64,000 nt of DNA. Origin: Lama glama (lineage: Eukaryota). The translations under genes were made by a program, and so were the position numbers. The DNA is taken from the NCBI GenBank assembly GCA_028534125.1, contig CM052817.1, positions 66,404,001-66,468,000 of the forward strand. Reading direction: 5' to 3'. The notes below the pieces were generated by a model, which saw only the letters and a list, made by a program, of their open reading frames with translations, made no database searches and was not told the origin of the DNA. Of the stretch, positions 36,599-51,441 are shown one piece after another; position 1 is the first letter of the stretch, and every line of letters starts with the position of its first letter.

Positions 36599-39500
36599 TT
36601 CTCTTGGTTTTGGACATTTGTTTCTATTTTTGATAAGACTTATAGTTTATTAAATATTAGACATTACTTATGAAAAATTGTATAGGTTCTGACTGATAGT
36701 ATCTTCCGATAGGTAGAATTTAATATATCTTTTAGTAGTCCTAGTGAGGTCAGCTTACTTTGAACTAGTCAAGGCTAGTCTACTGACAATTTGCATTTAT
36801 CTAAAGGCAATAGCTTTTCTGGATTCTCAGTGTAATGCCTGAGGTGCTTTTCATGGCTTCTTTTCTTTAGCAGACCCTGAGCTCTAATTTTTGTCTCCTC
36901 AGCATTTGAAGACCACAAGAATTCCTGCTTAATTATTTTGCCACTTGGCATCCATTTTCTGCTTGGTTTCTTAACATAACAGCTCTGTGCATTCACAGTT
37001 TAGGAATTTGCAATGTATCTAGAAAAAACTGTGATCTGTCTGTTGGATTCATTTTTATGTGACTTGTTTTTTTTGTGAAATTTTAGCCTTGTTAATCTTG
37101 AACTTTGAATTCTGTTTCCCAAGCCCAGTGCAACTACTGCAATTTCTTGCTTGTTCTGCACCTGTACTGTATGGGAAAAACAAGCAATTCCCCAAAGGGG
37201 CATGGGGCGTCTTACATAGAGATAACTGCTCTCCTGCATTTCCATTCTCCTGAGGCTTTGGTTCCTCATGTCCAGATTGTTTGGTTCTCCAATGTCTTTA
37301 AAAAAAACAGCTTTAAAGACATTTATTTAGAATTGCATTTGTAATTAGTTGGTGGGGTTGAGGAAGGGTTTAGTCTGATCCAGCTACCATGACATGGCCA
37401 GAGTTGTTATTCTGACCTCAGTCATTTTTACTTTAATTTTAACGTCATCACTTCTGCTTTTTTGAGGTTTATTTTCTTGTTCTTGTTCTTACTCATTTCC
37501 TTGAAAGCACTCTTCATCTATTTGCATTCTTTCTTGTATATTTTTAAGGCTGTGCATTTTCTTCAGAGCTTCACTTTACCTGTATTCCACAGATTGTGGT
37601 TTCTGGTCTGTACCACTTCTCTCTACCTCCCCACCCACCCCACCTTCCTGAATGTTTTGGAACTTCCCGTTTTGGGTTTCTTATTTAAGCCAAGATTATG
37701 TAAGAAAAAGTACATTGTTTCAAAGTTTCTAGGTACTAGAGTGTTTTTGATTTCTGGTTTTGTTAGTAATTCCCAATTTTATTATATCTCAGCTAATGAT
37801 ATATTATTTACTTTTTGAAATTTGTTGAGGCTTTTTTCATTCTAAGATATGAATTTTAAATGATCTTTTCATGCCACTTGCAAAAGAAGTGTATTCTCTG
37901 TTTTCAAGTTACTAACCACCACCTTCCCCCATCTCTCTCTCTCTCTCTCTGTTTCTCTGTCTCTCTCGTTGACTGTTTTCTGGCCTGAATTCAGTAATGT
38001 TATGATCCTTATTTTCATTTTGTTCACACTTGTAGTTTGCCCAATATTTTATTTTTTATTTTTCCAAATCAAATTTTTTTCATTGCTCCTTGTATATAAC
38101 TCACAATTTTATTTTTCATTGTGTTCCAATATTTTACTTTAAATAAGTTAGGCCATTTACTTTTATTGATATTTTAGAGAAATTTAAGTTTAATTTGGCA
38201 TATTATATTATGCAATGCCTTATGTTTATATAACTTTGCTTTTTAAAAATTCTTCAGTCTATAGTGATTTGTATTGTTTCTTCTGAAAAAATATTTTTTA
38301 TTGTATCTATATGTTTACATGTTATTTTTATGCACTACATATTTAGATTGCATTACCATTGTATTATTAACAATGATAACATTTCCATACCCTCCCTTCT
38401 CAATCCTCTCCCGATACAACAGATTGAATTTATTATATTATTTCTGGCTTTGGTTACCTTTATATTATTATATTTACATTTTTGGAATCAACATTAGGTG
38501 ATATTATTTGACTTCCAGGTACTATAAATTAGGAAGTAATTGCAAGTATACACAGACACACACACACTTCCAGCATGTAGTGTTATTGCTGCTGCTCTGA
38601 CTATTTCTGCTTTTTACTCATCATGTACACACGTGTCAAGAACATGTTACTCCTTGACTGTGGACTTTTTCTGATCTGTTGGCAAATGTCGGCTGCCAGA
38701 AGTGAGTGCTTTTATTTTGAAAAATATTTATTTATTGAATTTACATTACAGGACAGTTTCACTGTGTATGACATTCTTAGGTCAAAATTGAATATACATC
38801 ATCTTTATCTTGTGTTTAAGATTGCTGAGGAAAAATGTGAAGGCAGCCTGATGTGTCCGCCTCCTGTTTTACATGTATTAAATGTAAATAAATGTTAAAG
38901 GAATATTTTCTATCACTGAATTTAGAAACTTTATTACAATATATCTAGGTTTGATTATTCTCAGATATGGTATGCCATGTCAACATATAGTTGCAATACT
39001 TCTTTGGTATCTGGCATTTTTCTTCTACAAAATCCTTAAATATTTATTTGTTCATTTACTTTGGGACTTCATTTGTGCCTGTATTGAATATTTTTCTTCT
39101 GGCTTTCCTAGCTAAATATTTCCTTCTGTATTTTAACTCTTCATTTCCATTCTTTTCAGTTTTACTTATTTCTGTTCTCTCTGTACCTTACATATTTTTG
39201 GTAGGCTTAATTTTTTTTTATGTTGCTTCCAATTTTACTTTTATTTCAGTTATAATTTGTTTTTTTCCCTTTTACTTCTTTCCTTAGCATAGATAACCTA
39301 TGTGTTATCTTTTCCTTATAACTTAATACCTCTTTTCTGAGATCTTATATCCATGTTTTATATTCCTAATAAATAGGGAAAATTACTATATTAAGATACT
39401 GGAATATTAGTGCCAAGATATTTGTTTTCCATTTTCATTGATTCTTGGCAATATTTTTCTGATAAGTTTTCATTATCTGTTTTGCTTTATTCTTTTCCTC

Positions 39501-39700
39501 CTTCTTTACTCATTATTTTTGGATGTATGCATCCTTATATGAGATAATTTTTCTTGTTCAGATATTTGAGGAATTTCACCTAGGAAGGGACCTGTGATTT
39601 GATGCAGATTAATGATTATTTTACATATGATGCAAAATTAATATTTATTTTTCCCAATCGAATAGATAGGAGATATTTTGGCAGATTTTTTTATAATGCA
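35300..39700 (-). mobile_element. Old L1/HAL1-like sequence, including ORF1 remnants
   Basis: T-rich reverse L1 text; ORF 35899..36141 contains an ORF1-like IENF...IIGKLL segment. Confidence 0.6.
36533..36597. repeat. (TG)n microsatellite
   Basis: Seen directly. Confidence 0.95.
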
Positions 39701-41269
39701 GAAGTCTTACATGCCCCTTCTCCTATTTAGCATGTAGACTTTCTAATTTATTCTCAGTGGGACTTTCTAACTAATTCTTTGTTTGGCCCTATATTCTCTG
39801 CTTTTCAAACATATTCATGTCTGGGAAATATTTGTTGCCAACCTTTGCTCCGATGTCCAACAGTTGCAAACAGGAGTAGTTTGCATTCAGTGTGCTCCTT
39901 TTACCTTAAAAATATCTTATGGATTTTTGGTGACTAACTGCCATAAATACCCTATCTCTACTTTTTTTTTCTCCAAGGCTTATTTGTAGTTTTGGGTTTT
40001 GCTGACACATAATTTATTTGAAGCTAGGGTTTACCTGTTCCGTATTTCCTTTGATGCATTGCTTGATGTCCAATTGGAGAAGGAGAAACTATTAAACTTT
40101 TCATCATCACCTTCAAATTGGATGTCTTATCTACATTTTAGGCTTTGACTTTAAGAGCATAGAGGAAGCATAGAAAACTCCTGGTCCAAGCATCTCATTT
40201 GGCAGAAGGTGAAATTCAGGCTAAAGTAAAATGTTATTGCCAAGGCCAGTACCAAACCTATTATAAATAGCAAAATAAAAATCCATCCCAGGTCTCTTAA
40301 TTGTCAATCCAATGCCACTTAAGTTACACAAAGTATTTTCATTCATTCCATTTCAAAACTTCTAGTAAAACATCTCTCAAAGCAAGTGACTTGTTAGCAA
40401 GTTAGGATAAATATTTGCAAAAATTAGAAATATGGAAGAATTCTCTCAATAAGCAAGAGATAACTTTCATCTAATATTTCTACCAGAATAAAAAAAGACA
40501 TTTTGATATAGGTCCAAATTAAACACTAGAATAATTTTAGGGATTAGTGGTGTTAGGTTTTGGAAATGATGGTGGGATTATTTTGCTCTTGGGCACAGTG
40601 GGGGTTGGTGCACAGAAAATGTCTGATTCTGTCCTGCCTGCTGTATCACTCAATCTCGGGAGTTATCTGAGAGATAGGGCACTTAATTTTTAGTTGAGAC
40701 TTTAGATTTATTTTGAACATCGGGTGACTGTGTTCTCCCTAAACCCAAACTTCAATTTATTCATTCCAGATGTCTACATTTGTGCTAGATGCAGTCCTAT
40801 GCACTGAGTAGAGAGTGATGAAAAAACAAAAGATGAAATCTCTGCCTTAGAGCTAATGTATGGGAGAGAGACAGTCATCATATTCATAGGTAGATAGATT
40901 GATAGGTAGCTAATTGATTATTGCCACAAAAAAATGAAATGAAGTAGTGAGTGTATGTCCCTCCTGTTACTTAGAGGTGGACTCATGTTTGAAGAACTCT
41001 GGAAACTCTAAGGGAATAGGTTTAAGGATTGTAGAAGTGCATGCTCACCACCTGTATATGATTTCAGGTTGAAGGTAGGTGATATTTTAGCACTTAATGG
41101 GCTACCTTATTAGCATAACATGAACTTCATCTTGCCCCATGGATATTTTTATTTTACTGTTTTTCATAATGTATTTCTGTGCCATTGGATCTGGTTGAGG
41201 TACCAGTTCAATTAGACTTCCCATGAGCTAGTTCAGAGAGTGACAGGGGTGGGAATAATAATATAACAG

Positions 41270-41730
41270 GAAAAAGGAACCTTTTGTAGTGACATTTGAA
41301 TTGAAATGTAATTGATGAGAATATGAAGGCTTGCAAAGACTGCAGGGTAGAGCATAGAAATAACAGGCTTGACATGTTTGAGGCATTGAAAGGAGGATAG
41401 TGCTGCTGGAGTGTTAAGAGGGAAGCAGAGAGTGTCAAAGAGTAAGATTTTGTTGATGGGCAGGACTCAAATCATGGAGGACCTTGAAGGCCTGGCAGGA
41501 CTGGACTATGGATTTTACCCTTACTATAGTAGGAAGCCATTGGTGGTTTTCAAAAGAATAACAGGATTGGTTTATGTTTAGCTGCTGTGTAGAGAATTAA
41601 CTGTAAAACACAGGATGGAAGCAGGAAGATCACTTATGAGCCTTTTGGAATAATCTAGGCTGTGCTCACGGGGTAGCAGTGGATATGGAGTAATGCAGAT
41701 ATACACAGGATATTTATAGATTTCAAAATA
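41270..41730 (-). mobile_element. L2 LINE fragment
   Basis: aggaagccattggtggtttt...ggaagcaggaagatcacttatgag. Confidence 0.7.
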
Positions 41731-42559
41731 CCTGAAAACATAGGGGAAACATTTCATTTTATTATACATTTCTCAGGTTCATAGTTTTATTTATGACTAT
41801 AATTTTTAAAATTTTTACCTTAAGATTGCTCTAGAGGTTGAAGGAAAGGGTTCCCTGATGAGGGAAATTTGGCTCTGGCTTGAACTCTTTCACCCTTAGC
41901 TCCTGCCACAGATGGTCTACCCCTTAGCCTTTTATTTCTGGGGTCTGTCATTTCATGGACATCTCTCTTGAGGAGCAGTGGAATGATGTTTCAGCGCTAC
42001 CCAGGTCCATGGTGACCACTCAACTTCTACAAAAATGCGGATGTGTTTGTATGACAAACATACGGAGTTCAGGATGCTTCTGTGCCACCTCTTCTCTACT
42101 CTGCCATCATCCTGATGCCTCTTTATCTATAGCGCATCTTAGCAGCATTAGTTGCTTTGAAGGTTGAATGGTGAGCCAAATTTCAGATGTGACATTGACA
42201 CTTGCCTTGACATTGTAGAGGATGAAAACATTTAGGGTTTTCATTTAACTTCTGGTAGGAGATGAACCCAATGGGAAAAAGTAAGGAGAGTAAAAACAGC
42301 CATGTTCTCTCTCTCTCTCTCTCTTTTATTGACTGAAGTAGGTGTGAGGATGATTTTTGGTGGTGGAGCCAGTTCTCTGCCCAAGCACACATCAGGAAGC
42401 CCCAGTAGAGCCTCTTCCTCAAAGTTCAATCATTAATTTAGCAGTTATTTATTGAGTGTCTATTTTAGGTACTACAGTAGGTGCTAAGGCAACAGAAATG
42501 AAAAGACAATGGTAGCCCCTAACCTCAGTGTCTTAAAACATCAACTGGTTTAGTTTTAT

Positions 42560-43042
42560 ATAAGTATAAACTTATAAGCACACCCACGGGCTCCATGACA
42601 GTTCCTAGGCTGACCATAAAAGGTCAAAAGTGGGTGGGGGTCGGATTCCTGGGAATCCCTGCCCCTTCTCCAAAGTAGTTGGAATAATCCTCTCACTCAT
42701 TAGCATATGAAATTATCAAGCCCATAAAAACTTAACAACTCCACACCTCATGGTCACTCTCTCTCTTGCCTTCTGAGATGGCCCGCACTCTGTTTATGCG
42801 ATGTGTATATACTTATACTTTAAAGTAAACACACCCACACCTCTCGGCCTCTCACCCTCTTGCTTTTTGAGATGCATTCCGCCTATGGAGTGTATATCTC
42901 CTAAACCACTTTCCCTTCTGAATGAGACAGACCCGACTCTGTCTATGGAGTGTATATCTCTCTAAATAAACTTGCTTACACTTTACTGTACCTGGCTCTC
43001 AAATTCTTTCCTGCGTGAGGCAAGAATCTATTCTCTGGCGAC
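42560..43042 (+). mobile_element. Solo ERV1 LTR (MER41-like)
   Basis: ccatgacagtt..., cattagcatatga, repeated ctatggagtgtatatctc, AATAAA, aattctttcctgcgtgaggcaagaa, ending in ...gaca. Confidence 0.75.
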
Positions 43043-43699
43043 ATCTTCACCCACTCCTAACTCCAGCATAAAATAATGAGATAGGAGCAGGATAATTTAA
43101 TACTTCTATGCAAGGGAAGAGGTTGTGGTGGTGTGTGGGCAACATAGCAGTCACTGGTTCATAGCAATTCTGAAATCCACCTGGGCAAATGTTTTCAGTT
43201 CCCCCTTCTCTGAGATTTAGAGGAAAATCCACTCTTATATCCAAGGGGGACATCTCATTTAGCTTCTGATGAACACAAGTAATGTTTAAATCAGGGTTAG
43301 TCTACACTGCATGTGAGTTTAATGGAACACCCAAGAATTTCTCCAGCAAACAGTACCTGAGTAAATGGCTATAGGATAATTTGGACAAGGACTTGGAGAA
43401 TCCTTACCATGAAAATTTGATATGGTGGTACAAAGGGATTTCTTTCCTCTGAAGATTTCTTTCACTCAGTGGGTTGCAAATCTGTGAAATGGCTCAGGTC
43501 TGAAAAAAATTTTTCTTTAATATAGTTTGAGCAATCTATAGATTGAAGAGTTGGCTGTCTCATTATTTGGTCCTAGGAGCTCTGTGTTCTGTTCATCATC
43601 TCCATAGGCCTCTGAAGATCAAGCTCCCCTGTTTGTCATGCCAACCTTGCTGCTAATTACATTTATTGTGTCCACTTTGTTTCTGGTGGTTAAAATATT

Positions 43700-45560
43700 G
43701 GATTGATTATTTTGGGATTTTATCATCCCTTTTATAAACTGCCTGGGGTCCTTCTTATGTAAAAGCCATGGCTTCAGATGACAGCTGCTACTAAGTTTCT
43801 TAACAATTCTGGTTCCCCCTCAGTAACACATTCTTTATCACTTTGATAAACAGAGCCTGCCATGGACCTCTCCACAAAACAGAGTCCTCTCATGAGTTTT
43901 CTCTCATGAGTTTTATCTCATGTCTGTGATAAAATATTCTCTCTGGCAAGCCTATTTGAACTTTTAATCCTGTTACTCTACCATTTGCTGTAACAGTTTT
44001 ACTTCACATAGTAGAAGCCATCAATTTTTCCAAGCTTCAGGTTTCCAGTAAAGCAGTGTATTGGCACCATCTTCACCCCCTGAGGCTTTCCAGAATGTTA
44101 AACACTGTATCACAAGAAGATGAACCCATATTGAAAAACCCTTCATTATTTAGCGTTCTGTTTTACTTGACTTGATTCATCCTCTTCAGGATCCTATCCC
44201 GAATCTTGCTGGTGTATGTTGGCTAGGTCTTCCAGCTCTTTTGACTTATTGACAATTTCTTCCTTTAGGGAGCCCAGCTCTTCCTTTATCTGGTCATGTT
44301 GTAGCTGGACCACACTTACTAATTGGGTGGCCAAGAGAGCACATGGAGATGAATCGTGAGGAGGGATGATATATCCTGTCTTCTAAGGCATAAGCTCGTG
44401 CACTGTGGTCAAGCAGGGATGACGTGCTGGTTTTTATCATGAGAGGTGGTGCACTTCTCCAGGCACAGAGAGTTCAGAGGAACCTGGAGATTAAAAATAT
44501 CTAAGTGCATTGACGCAGAGACCCAGATATCACCATCTCAGGTTTTAGAGTCCATTCCTTCCCACTCAGAGCCCTCATCTTGGCATAGCAGGCTTGTCAG
44601 GATGGAGAATTCAAACTTTGGAGTTCTGCTACTCATAAAATTAAGTCTTGGCCCTGATCCTTAGCCTTCTCTGACTTCTAGCTATAGCAGATGACAATCT
44701 CTTTGCCCTTTATATGCTGCTTTCTGTCTTTCACAATTTGTTTTATATTGGTGGTTAATCACCCTCAGCCTTTGTTTTCTTCTTTAAGTGTACCAATGGC
44801 TCTTTCTACAGCTATCGAATTCCATAGTTCTTATCATTATTATTTTCCCCAAATCTTTCATGTGTCTGAGATATTGTACCCATCAATTCATTCATTCCAT
44901 TGGCATCCTATCCCAGTTTACTACTGGAAAAAAAGGAGGGTGGTAGCAATTACACTGAAACCACATGCCAGGAGCTCTCAATGCCTGTGATGATGTCCTC
45001 AAGGCTGGAGTGAGATCCAGCTCCAAATTTCATTTTAGAGTCAGCTCCCTAGGCCTATTCCTGGCACCAAGGGTCACAAGTTCTCTGGGAAATACATTCT
45101 GATACTTACATGCAGTAGGTTTTTTGAGAAATTGTTTTAGGAACAATACATGCAAGGGGTAAGGAAAGTAGGAGTGGGAAAAGGAAGAAGCTGAACAGAG
45201 TAGCAGTTGCAACAAAGACCTGAAGCCATACTTTGGGGAGTTTTCATATTGGATGACCCTTCGAAATTGTTCCACTTGGGTAAGGAGTCCAGCCCTTGTA
45301 CTCACTCACTGAACTTCCACTGTACTCCTGGATGCAAGTTGTCTTGTAGGGAAGGTGAGTAACCTTGATGCAAGTTGTCTTGTAGGGAAGGTGAGTAACC
45401 TTGGGCAGCTTCTTTTTGCCAAGGAAAAGTCCTGGAGAGAACACAGTTGTGAGCTGTCCTTAGCCAGTACCTCCTGAGAGGAGTTGAGAGGTGAGTGCCA
45501 CAGAACTGAAAGAGTACAGCATGTGGTACTTGAGCCAACTGCTGAAGTCAATAGGCTTTT
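43700..45560 (-). mobile_element. ERVL remnant: LTR16-like 5' LTR (about 45070-45560), PBS and internal sequence
   Basis: LTR16-like text followed on the - strand by TGGTGCCAGGA (PBS-like, about 45059-45069) and degraded internal sequence. Confidence 0.6.
45331..45402. repeat. Perfect 36-bp tandem duplication inside the LTR
   Basis: gatgcaagttgtcttgtagggaaggtgagtaacctt x2. Confidence 0.95.
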
Positions 45561-45784
45561 CCTCCTTCTGCGAATTACCTCTACCTTTTCCTGGGAAATG
45601 GTTTTCTCTAATCCAACCATGTGCTCTGAATTTGTGTGGCCATCTTTTGACACATCCTAACTCCTCCTCCAACTACTGTTGATGGACCTCAGCAAGATGA
45701 ATCAGCATGCTCCACGCCTCCCTCCTTAAGTGCAAAGATGAGCTCTTGAATCACCTTATGTCAGTTAAAGTCCTTCTTTATGAA

Positions 45785-46245
45785 TTTTTATAATAGTTTT
45801 ATTGAGATGTAATTCACATACCATAAAATCCACCCTTTTAAAGTATAATTCAGTCATTAGTAGATTCACAGTCCCACAAGCACCCCTACTGTCTAATTTT
45901 AGAATATTTTCATCACTCTAAAAAGAAACTCTGACTCAGCATTCACACTCCATCTGCCTCAGCCCCCAGTCCTTGGCAATCGCTAATCTACTTTCTGTCC
46001 TTAAGGACTGGCCTGTTTGGATGTTCCACATAAACAGAATGATACAGTCTTTTGCAACTGGCTTCTTTAACTTGGCATAGTGGTTCCATGTTGTAGTATA
46101 TATCAGTACTTCATTCTTTTTATTGCAGGGTAATATTCCATTGTATGTTACACCACACTTCTTTTATCCATTCTTCGGTCAGTGGACATTTGGCTTGTTT
46201 CCACTTTTTGACTCTTATGGATAATGCGGCTGTGAACATTTGTGC
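45785..46245 (-). mobile_element. L1 3' end (L1MA/MB-like)
   Basis: tttattgagatgtaattcacataccataaaat...ggacatttggcttgtttccac. Confidence 0.85.
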
Positions 46246-47074
46246 CTCATGATCTTCTAAACTTGATAGAGACAGTAATGCTCAGTCCTACTCATTTTTC
46301 TTCAGCTGGGCATGTCTTCAGCATTTTGAGGTGGCTATCCTAGAGTGAGAGAAAAGAAGTGGAGGGAGAGAGAACAGCCCTCTATTTCAGTTTTCCACGA
46401 GGCCCAGCTGCCTCACTCCTCTTTCCACAGTTTGGTCACATGATCTGTTAGAATATCCCATTTTACATAACCTGCTCTGACCTGAGTTTCTATCATGTGC
46501 GTACAAAGGAGGTCAGGCTAGTGCATGACTCCTGATAAAACCTTAAAGAATGCTACCAGCAGTGACGCTCTTTAAATAATAAAAGTCCAAAGTTCAGAGA
46601 TAACTCACAGCTGCACCCTCCTCCTACCTCTCCCATCTCCTTGTGGAAATAACCTGTCAATGGAAATATCCCCAATCTTAAAGCACCAAACTCCAAAACT
46701 TACTTTGCTCAGAAGGCTCCCTAAAGGGATTCAATCGCCTCTTCCATTTCAGGCGTAAACAATTTGTTCTGCCCTTTTATTTAGGGTTTACTCCTGTGTG
46801 AATTAAACTACCGTTCGTTTACATTTCTGCCTTCTTTAGGCTGTAGGCTCTTTGACACCTGGGACTTTTCTTGTTCAACTTTGTGTTTCTAATAGTTCTC
46901 ACAGTAATTAATTCAACAAACGCTTATTCATTTTTATGTATTTGTCACCTATTCTATTTTTAGAAACTATGTTAGTCCTGGGGATAGAAAAATGAGTGAG
47001 AACCCTTGAGGGGCTTAATTTTTATTATAGGAAGGCTTTATTTAAATCAGTAAGAATAAACCATAAATTGAATA

Positions 47075-47312
47075 AATTGGGAGTTTCGGATTAGCAGATA
47101 CAAACTACTATGTACAGAACAGATAAACAACAAAGTCCTACTGCATAGCACAGGGACCTATATTCAGTGGCTTGTAGTAACGTGTAATGAAGATGAATAT
47201 GAAAAAGACTATGTATATATTTATATATATGACTGAATCACTATGCTTTACACTAGAAACTAACACAACATTGAAAATCAGCTATACTTCAATTAAAAAT
47301 GGGAAAGAAAAA
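47075..47312 (+). mobile_element. Short artiodactyl-type L1 3' end
   Basis: attagcagatacaaactacta...gataaacaacaaagtcctactg...aacacaacattg with A-rich tail. Confidence 0.85.
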
Positions 47313-50300
47313 ACTTATCAAATAATATGCTATTTAAAAAAAAGAATAAACTATATACATGTTATGGTAAAACTAAGAAGTAGAGGAGACCGGGAGTCAC
47401 AAGAGGGTTCAATCAGTTTCACTCAAATCATAGAATCTTAGATTTATAGGTGAATCCATTCTTAAGCACAAGGAGGGAACCCCCTTTAGCTTCTGACAAA
47501 CAGACGTAATTGCTCTATCGGGGTTAATCTGCACTGCATGTGAGTTCACTAACTAGCCTATTTCAGAGTCACAAAGTGGCCACAAGTCTCAAACTGATAT
47601 ATATTGTGTTCTCTAGCTCTCTGGGACACATAGGATAGTGAATCTCTTCTCCTTTTGTGTCTGAGTGGGATTAGGTCTCCAGGCCTCCTCTTGGGAAGAG
47701 AAAGGCTCCTAAGAGACTCCTGTGAGACCATTCTCACTGGCCATGCTTGTGTGGGAGGGAACCCCAGACCCTTGTGTAACAGATACTTTTGCAAAGGGTG
47801 AAACAAATAACATGCTTACCTCACATGTAGCTTCTCTCTTTCTTCTTTAAGGTAATATTTTTTGATAGAAAAAGAAATGGCTAGTAAGATAGAAGTTAGT
47901 CTATCAGTCACTGAAATCAGATCCCTTTTACTAAGTATGAAAGGTATAAAAATAATTAGCCTCTGGGGGAGAAAGAAGAAAAGTATAAAAGAGGAAACTA
48001 TCAATAAAGCTGGTATCTGACCACTTAATTGAGAGTTTCAGGAGAAGACTGAAAAAAAAATACCACTTGCTAAGGGAAAGACAGTGATGAATAAAGATTT
48101 AGGGGGAAAAAAGTGACATAACTAGCTCTATTATACAGTAGCTTTACTGATCTCTTATCATTTTTGTTTGTTTTGGTGTAGGTTGGAATTCACATGTAAA
48201 GATAGTTTTCAGAGTACCAAGGAGAACTTGCCTTGTCCTGAATTGAGATTACTTTCGAGATTGTATTTTAATTATTTTAAATTCGTCAGGCATTGGGATA
48301 ACAGATCCTTAGGGAGGGTTTTCCTCACTGTAACACTAAGCTAACCTTCCTCTGCCTAGCCCAAATCTCCTAAATATCCCAGGGCCCGCTCTATAATAAT
48401 ATTATCCTTTCTCTATTGTAATATTGGAATACTCTATACTTTATTACAATTTCTATTACTTGTCTATATGGGAAACATCCTAATGATAAAAACAATGACA
48501 CATAGTAGGTACTCAATATATAATGGCCAAATGACTGGATAATAATCCATTATAATTGTTTTGAATATTCACTTAAAAAAATTCCCTAGTGCTGTTTAAT
48601 GAGAAGTATTCACTGTGTCTATAAAGCAAAATTCTTTTACTTTTTAAGTTGAATTTTTGTTAACTATTATTATACTGTTAAGATCAGTTTATGAATTATA
48701 TATTTTAGCGTACGAAAGGTCCATCATTATGTACCATTATTAGAATATTATAAGTAGAAGATTTTCAGTACATATTTATAGAGTGAAAAATAACTTTCAT
48801 TTTTAATTTTAAAATTTAAAATGTATTTTCCTCTATTTCAGCTACTTTCAAATTATTTTCAGTCTTTTCCAAAATAAAAGGCAGATTTTTTTCAGTAGAA
48901 AACAAATGTAAGAAATGTATACACAATATTTGCAGTGCACAAGAGTAAATACATTTCTTAGATCCCTCAGCAAATTTTTTCAAAGTGCTCTCCCACTCAC
49001 AACACTAGCCATCAGACAAATTTATCATACCCCTAACTTTCTCTGTTTCTGTGGATGTTCAAACAACATCCAGGGAGATAGCTATACCCATGACTTAAAC
49101 TATTTTTATTATCCATTTTCAATATAGTTTTCAACATCCTTCTCCTATGTATAGTTGACCTAGACTCACAAAGAAATCACTCTGTAATAATGCCTTCTTT
49201 TTCCTTCAAAAGCATACATAATGTTTTGGGTTTCAGTAGATCTTAATGAAGAATTTTTTCATTGATCCCAGTAAGGTTGGTCTGAGATTCCCCCAGCATT
49301 TCTCAAAAGGCTCAAGATCCATGAACTCTCCATGAGGTCTTGCAAAAGAATGTAGAGCCCTCTGTCCTAGAATCTCAAATAACCTTTGTGGGTATCTTCT
49401 TAAAAAGATGAATTGGTACCACACAGAAGGTGCGGAATGTGGTAGCCACAAGAAAGGAGCAAAATGAACTGTCAGAAGATCTGCACGAGATAGTATTCTC
49501 TTGGTATTGATTTCACATCACCAGCATTTCTGTTATTTGCTTTTGGAAAATGAAAACTCAATTTTGGGGTGAGAGTTCTCATCATACAATGTCACTTTCT
49601 GTTCTTATATCTTTTTGTAGCTCTTTGTACAGTCCATTATACTAACTGCTTTTTCTTCTCTGAATGGGTGTTTCAGACATTGATTGCAATGACTCTCGGT
49701 TTTCACATCATGGGCCAAGATGATAGGGACTTTAGCAGGAAACTTACTTCACTTTCCTCAAATAAGTGTCTGCATTTTCTTCTTTTCTAAACTGTTAACA
49801 GGCTATGCACTGCCCTGTGAAGTTGTCTGGTAGATGCTGAAAATACCTTTTATATGCTTTTCCAATTTTTGGATCGTGTCAAGAGGCATAATTGTTAGAA
49901 CCCATCCTAAGCACACTAATAGCTAGTTACTCCACTAGCTGATACATTATCTTTGCTTCTCTTCCGGCTGAAATTTTCTTCCAACCACTTCCTGTTGTTG
50001 TTTCACTGTTTCTTTACTGTGACTTACTTATAATGGAAACTGACCCAGCAATCACATTATTTACAAGAATATTCTTGACCCATCTAATGCCCAGTGGTAT
50101 TTTTCAATTACCATAGAACCATTTAGTATTACTTTATCCTGCACAATTCTCCACAAAAAATGAAGCAGAATGTCTAGAAGGCCTTTTGGAAGCAAGGGCT
50201 GTATCTTTTCATCACTATATGTCCAGTGCCCAGCACTGTGTCTTGCATATGGTAAGCACTTATTAAAATCCCTTGAAATGAATAAATAAATAAATAATGA

Positions 50301-50976
50301 AATCATGAGGAGCAATATCTCTTGTTGTCAGTCCTGTAGATTGAAGCCAACAGGTTCAGCTATCGAGAGACCTTGGTGAGTTAGGTGCTGAGGAAAACAG
50401 TATGAGTTGGGTAGGGAGTGGGGCTGAAACCCCTATCTAATCAATAATTATAGGGTAAAAATGGAAGTAAATTACCAGTGTTCTCAAAGATAGACAACAT
50501 AACCAAAAATAGAAATGGAGAATTTTAGATTTCTTGACATTTAAACATTTTTATAGTATTGGTTGTTAAAACTCAGAACTACTAAGCAAGCTCTATTCCA
50601 GCAAACTCACTTTTCACTTGTTAGCACAGGCTGGGCATGGAGGTGGTGGGGTGGGTGGTGTCAGCTATAGTATGAGCAGAAAACTTGGTTAGTTCCACAA
50701 GTCATCTTCAGTTGAGTAGAAAAGTGAAGATTCAGCACATCTATGCACCCACCAGAGAACAGAAGCAAGAGCATAATGCAAACAGCCCTGCAGGGAGGAA
50801 TATCAAAGAGCTAACACAACTACCAATTAACAGTGCAATATTACTCCATAGGGACTTAGCAACTTAATGCTAAAGGGAACTGAATGTTCTCTAATATATG
50901 TTTATTTAGAAGAATATAAATTCTTTTCCTTATTAACAAATATCCTCAAACACTCGACTTATCACCTTAAGTTGGT

Positions 50977-51441
50977 GTCAGTTTCCTATTGCCAATGTAA
51001 CAATTACCACAACTTAGTGGCTTAAAACAACACAAATTTATTATCCCACAGTGCTGGAGGTCAGAAGTTCAAAATCAGCCTTCCTAGGCTAATAGTGAGG
51101 TGTCGGCAGGACTGGCGCCTTCTGGAGGCTCTCCCGGGGGAGTCCATTTCCGTGCCTTTTCCAGCTCCCAGAGGCTGCCTACCTTGCTTAGCTTGCGGCC
51201 CCTTCCGCCACATTCAGAGCACACTGCTCCAACCTCTGCCGCCTCATCGTGTCTCCTCTCTGACTTTCCTGCCGCCATCTTATAAGTGCCTTTGTGATTA
51301 CATTGGGCTCACCACGATAATTCAGATACTCTTCCCATCTCAGTGTCCTTAACTGAATTCCACCTTCCGTGTAACATGACGTAATAAACACAGAGATTCT
51401 AGGGATTAAGATGTGGACCTCTTTAAGGGACCCATCACACA
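50977..51441 (-). mobile_element. MLT1 (B/C/D-like) solo LTR
   Basis: tgtcagtttcctattgc...agtggcttaaaacaacacaaattta...cccatcacaca. Confidence 0.85.
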
